This document shows, piece by piece, positions 27,200-40,020 of a stretch of 64,000 nucleotides of DNA. Position 1 is the first letter of the stretch, and every line of letters starts with the position of its first letter. A program made the translations under genes and the position numbers. The stretch is from NCBI RefSeq assembly GCF_006345805.1, contig NC_042997.1, forward strand, positions 178,994,001 through 179,058,000, in the 5' to 3' direction. The notes beneath the pieces were generated by a model, which saw nothing but the letters and a program-made list of their open reading frames with translations, did no database searches and had not been told where the DNA came from. This DNA is from Octopus sinensis (Eukaryota).

Positions 27200-27430
27200 A
27201 GGTCGATCGAAATTCCAAAAATAGCAAGTAAAGTTTACTAAAATATATCCATTCGTTATTTTTCCTACAGGAGAAGGAAACATTGGATAATGTTTTCCTA
27301 GATACACTATGCCTAGAAGAGAAAAAAACCTAGAGACGGGATTGCTGCGACTTCATCGCCTTTGTATTATAGGCCTTGCTCGACCATGGCTAACCCGAGG
27401 CTAAACCTCAACAGTAACAACAAACACTTC
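27200..27430 (+). repeat. Unclassified interspersed repeat 3' end with an (AAC)-rich tail
   Basis: cattggataatg...tagatacact...gctaaacctcaacagtaacaacaaac. Weakly similar segments at ~4910-4990 (+), ~8270-8400 (-) and ~63505-63580 (-). Confidence 0.4.
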
Positions 27431-28019
27431 AATAACAACAATATTGGTTTTGTGCGTAAGAAAGTAATCATTACTGCTATAATCTCTCGTTATATTCTTT
27501 ATTTTAGTGGTGATTAAACCTAGCAAGAGAGTAATTAGCAAAATAAAATTGATCCTCCTACACCCCAAACCTCCCAATAAATTTTGTAAATAAATAAACT
27601 GATGTAAAAAGTGAAATCTGATTTGAATGAACGCCATTGAATAAGTTTTAATTAGAGACTTTGTTTTCACGATAATGTTCTTGGCTGCAAGATTTATGTT
27701 ATTTTTTTCGTCCATCAAAGTTGTTTATGCATTTATTTATTTATTTATATATTTGCTGGTCTGGTTGGTTGTTTAAAAAGAAATACCCACCAACCACACT
27801 AAGCAGCAGAAATGAAAAATTACCGAAAACAAAAGATACAAATTTACAAGCAAAAAATATCTTAATTATTTTTAAAGGCAAAAAAGAGATAAACTACAAA
27901 TTAATATATATATAAATATGTGTATGTGTGTGTACGTGTGTGTGTATTCGTATATATATATATATATATATATATGTATTTATATATACATATATTACAC
28001 GTACGTGTGTGTGTGTTTA

Positions 28020-28052
<33 letters not shown>

Positions 28053-28371
28053 CATATATTACACGTACATGCATGTATGTGTGTGTTTAATATATATATA
28101 TATACACACATATGATTTATATTTGTATGCATATATAAAGTTAAGGCAAGAGAGGATTTAACTCCAAGTGTGGAGGAATAATGTATTGTAGAGAGTTCAT
28201 GGTATGAATACGAAGATACTATTTTTAAAGATATTGTAGCACTAACTGTTAAACGGACAAATGAAATACCATTCTTGTATTGAACCTTGCTTACAGTTGT
28301 AATAATTTCGATTTAATTTACTGTTTATCTTGCAAAGAGTTGTGTCAGGTTCATATATATTAGGTGCGATT

Positions 28372-28590
28372 TACTCTTTGCTCTTTACTTGTTTCAGTCA
28401 TTTGACTGTGGCCATACTGGATCACCACCTTTAGAGGAGCAAATCGACTCCAGGACTTATTCTTTGTACGTCTTTTAATTATTCTATCGGTCCCTTTTCC
28501 TGAACCGCTAAGTTACGGGGACGTAAACACACCAGTATCTGTTGTCAAGCGATGTTGGAGAGGACAAACACAGACAACATATGCACACAT

Positions 28591-28652
<62 letters not shown>

Positions 28653-28783
28653 CAGTGTCCGTCTATCAGATCCACTCACAAGGCTTTGGTCGGCCCGAAG
28701 CTATAGAAGAAGACAATTGCCCAAGGTGCCACGCTGTGTCACTGAACCCGGAACCATGTGGATGGTATGCAAGCTACTTACCA
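28372..28783 (-). mobile_element. SINE family A, near full length, central (TA)n
   Basis: Collinear with 17145-17560. Confidence 0.9.
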
Positions 28784-29946
28784 ATTTTTACCAATTATTT
28801 GTAAACGAAGAACTTGGATGTCTGAGTAAACCCATAATGAGAGTCTTATTCTCTCATGTAATTTCTGGATTTTAGGTTTTGTTTTCAGAATCAACGTTGA
28901 TCTAATTTATTGTTCGTAGTTCCAGGGGTGAAACAAAAAAGCGCAATGCTTAGATCAAAGTCTAGCCACCAAGTGGTAATGGGACAATATAGGTAATATT
29001 TATCTGTTCATATTGATTCTCATCTGGATTCAACTGAATGCTGTGACACTACTAATGCTCTTATGATATTCATACATTTCAGTGAAACCAATCTGTCTTC
29101 TGTTTGAAGTTAAGCCTTGAGCTCGTATAATGAAGAAATCATTATATTTTTTACCGATTTTACCATCTTTATTTCTGTTCTTGTTTAGTTTCAGGTCAGT
29201 TGTGTTCGAGCCGAGAGTTTCATCTGCAATGATTACCCCTTTTTGTTAGACATAAGTGTATCTAAGACTACATTATTCAGTATACCTATTCAGAGATACT
29301 CCCTCTCTTATAATGTTCACAATTTGTCGAATTATGATGCTGTGAAATCCACAAAATTTGGCGAACATAGAAGATAGAAGAAGCCAGTTCCATTAGCGGA
29401 TATATTTTATTTCTGGATGTGAAATGTTTACTGGCTAATATTATCTCTCACACTTTCTTGAGAATGGCATAGATAGCAAAATTTTCTCTTTTGACCTGTT
29501 CCTCCTTTTAACAAAAGGAATCGCTATTAAACGTGCATGTCATGTACTGACGGTGACTACATAATCTCTGCACATTTTAATCGTCACAATCCTGTGTGTG
29601 CTTGAATACATGTTGGAAATCCTTATGAAGAGAGAATCACGTATATTGCGGATTGTAGCAAGATTTAATGAATGTTCAAGTACATTATAGACAAGTATTT
29701 TATTTTTGAAGTCAGAGAGAAAGGTCTAAAAAAAATGCTATCTTAAAGGCATTGGCGATTTATTATTACCGGTCTTTTTGGGGAGAACATGTATTATGTT
29801 GCGGTTCAGGCACACTGCGTAACACTTATTGAAACGTTTACATACATACAACGAACGCAAGCAAAAAATCCTCACTCACACAGACGCATACTATATATGT
29901 ATGTATTGTACATGAATAAAGAACTATATAAATATATGATATAGGT

Positions 29947-29983
<37 letters not shown>

Positions 29984-30759
29984 CATGAGTGTGTGTAAGA
30001 GGGAGAGAGAGAGACAGGGAGACAGAGATAGAAAGAGAAAGAGAGGGAGAGAGAAAGCGATCGTGAAAGAAAACGTGAGTGCGAGAGAAAGATAGAGAAA
30101 ATTGCGTGTGTAAGTTCAACACCACATATGACCTCTCTTTTGACCTTTACTAAATTATAGATTGTTAGTATATATCACCAAATTAAGCATTTGATTAAAT
30201 AAACATAAATTATCTAATCTACAATCATTGCAACATGAATTTATATATATATATATATATATACACAAATATACATATACAAACGTGCATACATAGAAAC
30301 GCACATGTACATATATATATATACGTAACATACAAATACACGCATGTATGTATGTGTGTGGATGCGTGTTGGGGGAGTGTATAGGTGAAAAGATCATTAT
30401 CCTGAATATAAATTTTCCGAAAACAATTATCTTCTTGGTTGGAAAAATTTGAATATTAACAGAAATATTATTTACCACGTAGTAAAGAATACAAAAAAAA
30501 ACAGTAAATGAATAAATTGTCTATATTTCAGAATGCTACTACTCAGACAATGATTGATATAGTTATTATTATTTTGAGAAACAATATAAAAGCTCAAATG
30601 AAAAAAAAAAAAATTAAATAAAAGAAGCCGTCTGACAAGAAAAAATGAAGAGCATAATATAATCTGTATGTTGGTGTTATTTTGAAGATTTTTATCAGAA
30701 TGGTTGTCTGAAGACTTAAGCAAATTTTAGTCTATATGCTTGCATATATATATATATAG

Positions 30760-30816
<57 letters not shown>

Positions 30817-30831
30817 ATATGTATGTATATA

Positions 30832-30864
<33 letters not shown>

Positions 30865-30868
30865 ATAT

Positions 30869-30902
<34 letters not shown>

Positions 30903-31647
30903 ATATATATATACATACATACATGCATATATACATACACATATATACATACATATATATATATATATATACATATATACATATATATATATAAATACAT
31001 ACATATGTATATATATATATGTATGTATGTATGAGAGCGCGCGTTTCAAATATATAAACCATATATATATATATGTGTGTGTGTGTGTGTTTGTATGAAT
31101 GTATGTACGTATTGACAGTGTAAGCAAAATAGATTACAACACTTCAGATTATTTACATGACTCGTTTGTCTAACGTATATAATTACACACACGCACACCA
31201 GGCACATATGCACACACTCTCCCATATACATACATACATACATACATACATACATACATACATACATACATACATACATACATAATACATACATACATAA
31301 TACATACACACATATATATATATACACACACATAATACACTATGTTATAGCATAAGCAAAAGAGAGACTATTTTCGTAAAAATTTACATAATTCGTTGAT
31401 CACAAATCTTGAATGTACATATAAAACACTCACGTATCCTGGTACGCACACTATTGTGCACACGCACTTCCCTCCTCCGTCTATGTTCTTTTATTGATGT
31501 CCACGCTTAGCATTTGTGTGCTCTCTTCCAGGATGGTCTGGACTTTTGTACTCAAACCTTATAAATAGAAAATCAATGTATATGTATCCCCCCTTTCAAA
31601 TCAATGATTCCTGCTTTAGCTACATAGAGTTTCCCTAATTGTCTGCT

Positions 31648-31703
<56 letters not shown>

Positions 31704-31706
<3 letters not shown>

Positions 31707-32879
31707 GGGTGGACAAAATAATGGAAACACCTACCATCATAGCATCATAATTTTGAAATATCTATAAAATCATCAAAAGCTTGTTTATTTTTATGCTTTT
31801 TTGGTTTATTTTTAGTGTTGCTTAAAATGATTAGCTAAAATTGCTGCTTCTTTCAGATATCATCAGAAAAAGGCAATTAAATTGCATTAAAATGACAGAT
31901 GTATCGGAATTTCAAAGAGGTCAAATTGTTGGTGGTCATATGGCAGGCACTAGCGTAACGAAAACAGACGAAATGTTTGGTGTATCAAGAAGTACTGTCT
32001 CGAAAGTAACGACAGCCTTTGAGAAAGAGCGAAAAAGCTCATCGTCGAAACAAAACTCCAGAATAAAACCAAAATTTTTAGAATCTTACACGAATTGTTA
32101 GAAAGGATCACAAAAGTACAGCTCCCAATATTTATGCGGAGCTTAATGACTACCTTGAGAACCCAATTTCCACAAAAACTGTGCGCCGGGAGCTGCACAA
32201 AGCCGGATTTCACGGGAGGGCTGCAATAAGAAAACCACTACTTTCAAAAACAAACGTTGCAAAGCGTTTAGAGTGGAGTAAAAACCTACAGAATTGGTCT
32301 CGGATGAGTCATTCTTTACCTTATTTCCGACCACTGGCCTTGTAAACGTGTGGAGATAGCCAAACGAAGCATTTGATCCAGACTGATTTCATGCAACTGT
32401 TAAACATGGATGAGCGTGGGGGGGCCTATATCTTGGAAAACTACTGGTTTCCGTTCATGGCAGAATTAATAGTTATCTGATCAAATTCAAGCTATGGTTG
32501 CAGAACTCTTTCCGGACGAAAACGGAATCTTTCAGGATGATAATGCACTAATTCATACAGCTAAAGTTGTTACTAAAGGGCACGAGACACACTCTAGTGA
32601 AGTTGAACATCTTATTTGGCCAAAGTCCCCAGATCTCAATATTATTGAACATTTATGGTGCATTTTAGAAAAACAAGTAAGGAGTCGATGGCCTCCAACA
32701 TCAATACTACAGGATCTGGAGACTATTTTAGCTGAAGAATGGACAAAATTTCCTTTGGAAACAATTCAAATTTGTACAAGTCCTTACCTCGTAGAATCCA
32801 AGCTGTAATTACTGCCAAAGATGGTTCTACCCCGTACTGAAATAAATTTGTAAATTTGTTTGAAATTTTTAGGTGTTTC
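31704..32879 (+). mobile_element. Tc1-family DNA transposon, decayed, right TIR truncated
   Basis: Left TIR TA|caggggtggacaaaataatggaaacacct. Only aggtgtttc (32871-32879) remains of the right TIR. Inserted in a (TA)n tract. Confidence 0.92.
31892..32840 (+). pseudogene. Tc1-like (DD34E) transposase pseudogene
   Basis: MTDVSEFQRGQIVG...FGVSRSTVSKV (helix-turn-helix region), frameshifted W(S)DES at ~32296-32310, FQDDNA, SPDLNIIEHLW. Multiple frameshifts and stops. Confidence 0.92.
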
Positions 32880-33234
32880 TTTTGGCAGTAATTACAGCTT
32901 GGTTTCTACGAGGTAAGAACTTATATATATATATATATATTTTAATGTTTATTTTTACGTTGAGATATAATAAAAACAATTTCACGCTATTATCATGGCT
33001 TAGTTTATACTTCTGTAGAGTACAAATTTATTACATTCAAACAAGAATGTTGTTGACAGTGTTTGCCCTGTACGTAGCATAAAGTGTTTTGGTTAATAAC
33101 ACAACACACCGCGTTATCTGGGAATCGAATCAGCGATCTCGCACTCATGAGCGCAACACCCGAACTACTAGGTCATGCGTTCTCTGTCTTTAGTTCATTA
33201 AAAAAAATTAGAAAAATAGACATTAAGGAAAAAA

Positions 33235-33402
33235 AAACAACAACGCGAGGACGTGGTACATATGACGTTCAGAGAAGGAAAGAAGGCGAGGTGGTTTTAC
33301 GTTTCGAGCAAAGCTCTTCAGAAAGAGGAGACATAGGAAAGTCCAAAACAAAAGGAAGAAAGAGGAGAAAGAATCGCTAACAGTCCACGTGTAGTTACAT
33401 TA
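33235..33402 (-). mobile_element. Short non-autonomous Penelope-type element (family P2) with a hammerhead-like motif
   Basis: Homologous to 50545-50737 (caacg.cgcgaggacgtgg.aca...gaaaggaaaga...gctcttc...cag...cgc.aac...acac..g.g..acatt). Minus strand ctgaagagctttgctcgaaacgta. Confidence 0.65.
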
Positions 33403-35132
33403 GATATATCCGAATGTGTGTGTGTGTGTGCGTGAACTGACCAACACATATGTATGTATAGTTTAAATAATATAATTTCCGACTTGTATATATTAATTAC
33501 AAATACTACTTATATAAATTTTCATTACCGTGGGCATAAAACTCCGCGTAATTAAGATTAGCTAAAAGATCATTTTAAAATATTTTCCATAAAAATCGTA
33601 TAAATAAAAAATTAGCAAAAATAGCGTGATAGATGTAAATAGCGAGATAAAGACATCTTTCCTCACCCGATAAAGTAGGATTCTATCCAATTTAATTGCT
33701 GCTGTTCTTGACCTGTTTGCACAAATTATATATTGATTGGTTAGGTAGCTGTAGGGAGTTCATTTGCGTTATATACAGGGAATTTTAGCAAAACGGCTGT
33801 ATTTTTATTTTTATTTTTGCAAAGTACTCTCTTTGAGTTTGGAAACTGTTTTGTAAAGCATTGAAATGTTATTCCTGATTGTCATATTGTAATGTTATTA
33901 ATGTTATTCCCGACTGCCATTTTGTAATGCTTTGTAAAGCATGATGGTTTTTCCTTCCTGGCTTGTTCTGGAACAGCGGACCTGCATAAAATCTTAGAGA
34001 TGGACGAGAGTATTGGAATGTTCCTCTTGAACATTTTCATCTCAATATTTGCATGATAAACATGGGTACGAATAACCTTGAGAAATGTTTCCATCTGGAG
34101 AGGAAAATGTAGTTGCAGTGTATAGTGTGGCGTGTAGGAATACCGGATATCATATGACTAAGAAAAGGAAAAAATGACGAATGTGTTGCGTATGTTTGAA
34201 GTAAGATGGCACTGAACCAGCTATTTCTGATTTCCGATTACCAGAAGACATTGTACTGTCGATAGAACCAGTAAGGAGAGGAAATTACATGTGTGAGAGA
34301 GCTGTTAAACGATTTCATGCTATTTAGTCGCATGGTCTTTCTTAATGGTGGGTCCTACGATTTTTTGAACCCTCTGAATAACTACGTGGGCTTATGTTTT
34401 AAAATGTACCTTGTTTTGCTGAAGTAAGCATGCTGTAGGTATGTCTAACTATCTATCTTTGCTGTTGTGATGTCTTTAATTTTGTAGTTAGATATAGACG
34501 GATCAGCAAAAAAAAAAGAAAGAAAAAAATAGGTCCCTATTAGGACACAAATTGCTATGTAAACTAAACAACTGTAAACGCCTTAGAAAGGGAGATAATA
34601 CATTGAATAACAGTCCGTGTGAATGTACTCCGTTTGCAAAGAAAAGCGAATAGTGGCGCTGGCGGGAATATTTTCAATCAGAGATTATCTCTATCAGAGC
34701 TGAGGTACGTCTAAATGTCAGTATAGTAATTTAGTGGAGTAGATGTTTTTTGATGGCAGAGTGTTTTAAAGAACACTACATTAAATGACACTCTAGCTCA
34801 GTAGTAATTTGATCATATGATTTCAAAATGTTACGTATGACATTCAAACATACTAAAGATGAAGTTTTTCTAGTAAAAATATATGTAATTATTTCTCAAT
34901 ATCAAAAGTGCTCACGTAGTTTACAGAAATATCATGAGTAGTTTGCCACCTCCAATCAAACAGATAAAAATATCAGCGATAATCGATAGCCATGTTCGAT
35001 GCTAAGATATAGGGTATCTCTCAGATACCGTCTCAACCCTCAGCTTGATAGTATTCTGATGTCATCTAGTTGTAGCTTCTTTTTTCAGTCATTGGTCTCA
35101 GTCTTAACGGAGAATGTTCAAATTATCTACTA

Positions 35133-35197
35133 GGCCATTCCGGTTGCGGCCATTCCGGTTGCGGCCATTCCGGTTGCGGCCATTCCGGTTGCGGCCA
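35133..35197. repeat. Perfect 15-bp GC-rich minisatellite (ggccattccggttgc) x4.3
   Basis: Four identical units plus a partial ggcca, with no spacers. Confidence 0.97.
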
Positions 35198-35258
35198 GCC
35201 TGCCTTTTACTCATGCGTATGAACAGTAACAGTTGTGTAATGTACTCCTTTAAAATAC

Positions 35259-35490
35259 ATATTTCTTTACTACCCACAAGGGACTAAAGACAGAGAGGAC
35301 AAACAAGTATAGACAAACAGATTAAGTCGATTATATCGACCCCAGTGCGTAACTGGTACTTAATTTATCGACCCCGAAAGGATGAAAGGCAAAGTCGACC
35401 TCGGTGGAATTTGAACTCAGAACGTAACGGCAGACGAAATACGGCTACGCATTTCGCCCGGTGTGCTAACGTTTCTGCCAGCTCGCCGCC
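35259..35490 (-). mobile_element. SINE family B, full length
   Basis: Very similar to 5542-5766. TSD cctttaaaatac at 35247-35258 and 35497-35508. Confidence 0.92.
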
Positions 35491-36969
35491 TAAACCCCTT
35501 TAAAATACCAGCGTGCAACTTGTAGATTTGATTGATATTTCCAGCCAGTCCACAACTACCTTCAGCGTTCATCATTCGTATTCCAATGGGATGTGAAGAT
35601 GATAGATTTTAATGAGACTTTTTTCTCTTGCATGTATCAGTTCTCTATGTCTCTAGTATGTTGAGTAACGTTTATCGCTTTGTAATTTAAGTGGGCACCT
35701 AGAGGTCGATCTACCTCCTCGACTTTAAGTCGCCAGCAACCGTAAATATCAGACCCCATCTTCAATATCTCCTGAAACTCAGAATACGTTTGATATGGAT
35801 TTTTATGTGTGTTATTTATGAGTGTTTCCCTAAGCATTATTCCATTTGATTGAATTTAAAAGCTCCCCATGAGAGATAGAAACATCAGATATTGCATTAC
35901 CATGAACCGTTTATAAAAAGGAAAACGTTACAAAAAGTATATAGCATGACACACAAATTGTGCTTATACACATAAAATTCGACAACTTTTAGCTTTAGCA
36001 AAAACGTTTCCCTATCGCAAAATCTCTGGTACGAGAGAAACGACATTACTTAGAGGATATGTATAAATGTATATATGCATGCAAACAAATATAAAAAAAT
36101 GCATACATACTTATATTATACACACATTAATTTGAGTGTACACATATGATTATACACAGTAGAATGCATGTATATATATAAATATAAATAAATATATATA
36201 TACATATTTACATACATACACATACATATACATACATATTGTCATATAAAGAGCACTTAGTTTTTACATAGTCTTACTATCTATAATATAAGTATTGTCT
36301 ATATGTTTTCTCCTACTTTATATATTATCTATTATCTTGAAAATTTTGCATGTAAGAATACATATACCAAAGCATTGTTTCATAAATTTTAAAGGGAGAT
36401 CCAAGTGCATAAAATTTCAAGGGAAAAACAAAAAGTAAATGACGAAAATAACATCTAAAAATACTAAAAAATTATACCGAAATGTAAACAATTGTGAAAT
36501 GACTTTTAAATGTCCATGAAAGGAATCAAAAATTTGCGAGAAAATATATTTTAAAAGTATTTTGATCTTCTACCCATGCTATGTACGCGAATATTATTTC
36601 GAATATACATTTAAAATTTTAATTACTATAACCACATTGTCATGGCCAAAACATCATTCTACTGGTGAATTGATAAGAAAATGAAGTGCATAAAGTTTAA
36701 AGGGAATGACAATAAAAATGTGGTCGGAGTGAATAAGAGCTGGGGAGAGGGTAAAAGAAAGCGAGTGAGAGAAACATATATAGAAAGAGAGATCGAGAGA
36801 GTAAAGCTGAGATAGAGACAAAGATAAAGAAAACGGTCATAAGGAAAGACAGTGTTAAATATAGGTCAACATTTAGTTTTGGTTTATCCCTTCAAAATAT
36901 ATTAAAACTGGCATTGTTAAGGTTTTGATTGACTGAAGATGATATTAAGATATAATCATAAATTAAACC

Positions 36970-37370
36970 AGGCGCGGCTGAGTGTTAAGAAGCTTGCTTC
37001 CCAACCGCATGTCTCCGGGTTCAGTCCCACTCCTTGGTACCTTGGGCAAGTGTCTTCTGCTATAGCCTCGGACCGACCAAGGCCTTGTGAGTGGATTTGG
37101 TAGACGAAAACTGAAAGGAAATGTATGTATGTATATATATATATATTTTTTTTTTATATGTGTGTGTGTGACTGTGTTTGTAACTCCTTCACCGCTCATT
37201 GTGTACTTACGTCCCCGTAACATAGCTGTTCGGCAAAATAGGCCAATAGAATAAGTACTAGGCTTTTAAAAATATGACCTAGGCTCGATTTGTTCCACTA
37301 AAATTCCTTCAAGGCGGTGTTCCAGCATTGCTGCAGTCAAATGACTGGATTGAATTAAAGAATGAAAGAA
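36970..37370 (+). mobile_element. SINE family A, full length, diverged
   Basis: Head gcggctgagtgttaagaagcttgcttcccaacc, central microsatellite at ~37125-37170, tail aaggcggtgttccagcattgctgcagtcaaatgactg. Confidence 0.88.
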
Positions 37371-37392
37371 TATATATATATATATATATTAA

Positions 37393-37494
<102 letters not shown>

Positions 37495-37632
37495 ATCGTG
37501 CTTCGATAAGAAAATAATCCACAAACCACTATTGACCCGGAAATGTATTTTTTACATTTACTAAAGATTGCTTGAAACTAAATTTCTTCCTACACCTCGA
37601 TTCTGGTTCTTACATTTATAAATATATATATA

Positions 37633-37681
<49 letters not shown>

Positions 37682-38039
37682 GGATACAGACACACACACG
37701 CGCTTACACATACTCAAACACACACACTCATATATATATATATATATATTGTATGTAGTGTCCTCCTTTGATCGGATCACCAAGGAAGTTTAAGAAATAT
37801 TCAGGGAGAGACAAACATCACTCAATGTGTACAGGCAAGAGTTATAACTGAGCTACTTCAAGTTTCACGCTCAGATATTTTAGTCATTGTTTACGACACG
37901 AAGATTTAAAAAGCAATAAAGTATTAATAGGAATCGTTAAGAAAAGATTTAAAGGACAGGGTAATAAAGGACATGACCCATTAACTCATTAACTATAAAA
38001 TATTCTTAAAGTTCATCGTTTACTTCTAAAACCATCCAG

Positions 38040-38680
38040 GATTAGTGAGGTAGGCGATTTGTGAAAAGAGTTAAGTTCATTAAGCCAGGCATCTGATCCG
38101 GTGAGTGGTAGTTTTCTGGTTCGCAATGTTGTACTACATGTATGCATCTACCATGCATCTTGGACAAAATTCTATTCTTGAGTTTAAGAGTTTAGTGCAG
38201 TTCTTCGATCCAAGAATGATGTGCACACTTCTGACCCTTTTCTGTGATGCTCCACTTGATGGCGTGTGGTTTTCCGTTATCATTTAGGTTCCAGATATGA
38301 CTTGATAGCTGTGTACTTTGGAGAATATTATAACCAGTATCAAAATTCTTAATAATATAATAACTAGAAGTATTTCGAAATTCTGAAGTAAACATATTTT
38401 TGACACATTAGTCCTTACTAAAACCATACACAAATTGGAGTAAATTTGAAAGGGATGATCTCGAGTGTATACAAAACTCCAGACCCTCGGATAAAGAAAA
38501 GGTGATTAAATATATCATTTGGTTATTATCAGCAGACTCAATTGTCGTTAAATCTAAATAGCAGATATTTTCATCTAATTTATAAGCTCTTATCTGAAAA
38601 TATAGAAAACTGTTTAACATACATGAATAAAAGATGTATGTTTGCAGCTAATATGAAAACTGTTATACACTGTACATCTA
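38040..38680 (-). mobile_element. Highly degraded Penelope-like element (linker plus GIY-YIG C-terminus)
   Basis: Minus strand FYSCMLN (cf. the SYSCM.N linker motif) and STQLSSHIWNLNDNGKPHAIKWSITEK (cf. T.LS.YIW.LK...I.WSI). Frameshifted. Confidence 0.6.
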
Positions 38681-39929
38681 ACATTTCTACTTATGAGATT
38701 CATTTGGAGACATTAATATATTATTGATAGATTGGTCCTGTGATTCACGAACCATATAGAAGGAATCAGTTAAGTTTCCATATAATTAAAAAGAAAGGCT
38801 GTATTAACAGAACCAAAGAAAAGTCACGAAAAGTTAGGATAATCGTAATTTTTCATTCAAAAACTCAAAAATGCGAGATGCAAAAATTGCGTTTTTAGAT
38901 TTATAAACTAGAGTAACAACGTAAAGACTGAAAAAACCCCCCACAAAAAATGAACAAACAAAAAAGAACAAGATATTGAAAATTCAGAGTAACGGATATA
39001 AAATATGCACTACAGTAAAATTACTGATCCTCGAAAAAATGAAAACAGCCAGAGATATGTTCAAACATTAGGTCTAAAGATTTCTGAAGGCATGCAAATA
39101 AAGTCATTCTACGAAATTGGGTCGTTACCTCGAGCTCACACACACACACACACACACCCATGTATACATAGATGCAGAAATACGACTATATTTATGAATA
39201 TGTATTTGGTCATTTTATGTACAAACGTTTATACATAATGTGTATGTATACGGAATGTTATACGTACATTCACACACATACATATATAACTATATATACA
39301 TAAAGATAAGCGCATACATTTGTGTCTCTACGTCTGTGTGCGTGTGTGTGTATACGTAAACATGTACAGAAGCATACAGCCAAACACACATATAACTATG
39401 AATGTAAGTGTAGATGGTGTAAGAAATGTCTGTAAGCTTTTTCTATGTCTCAGGCTTAAATTGCTACTTATGAGTAAATTTTTGCTAATAATAACTCGAA
39501 TAGTATAGTACTTATAAGGTACTTAAGAAACATATGTAAGTATTGAAGCCTAATACATTGAAAAATGATATACGAATGCCTAAAGAAAAACAACAGAAAA
39601 TGTGCAACTTAGAATGAAAAGAAATGAAGGAAAAAAATATCTACAAAATAGCGATTGGCTCTTAATAAGATATAAGGAGAGAATCGATCTATTCAACAAT
39701 TCGATTCATATAAAAAAAAAATCTTTTTGAAACCCACAACAGCATTGATTAGAAGTCTGTAATATAATAGTAATAGAAAACAATTAGAAAAATCTTTACT
39801 GCTAATAACCGAACGGAGCATGAACTGAATAAGGAAAAACAAAATAACAAAAAAAGATAAAATATGCAACAATAATAACAGACAAATCACATCCACAACA
39901 ACATTAAGAACAACAAATATTAACACTGA

Positions 39930-39955
39930 TGATGATGAAAATAAAAATAATAATG

Positions 39956-40002
<47 letters not shown>

Positions 40003-40020
40003 TACAACAACAACAGCAGT
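39930..40020. repeat. (AAT)n/(AAC)n trinucleotide repeat
   Basis: Directly visible. Confidence 0.95.

Noticed and set aside
33882-34094. Minus-strand ORF directly after a good acceptor (ttttcctctccag|ATG)
   Set aside because: No matching strong donor and no homology recognised.
35133-35197. Short identical repeats as a CRISPR array
   Set aside because: No spacers, no cas genes, and a eukaryotic context.
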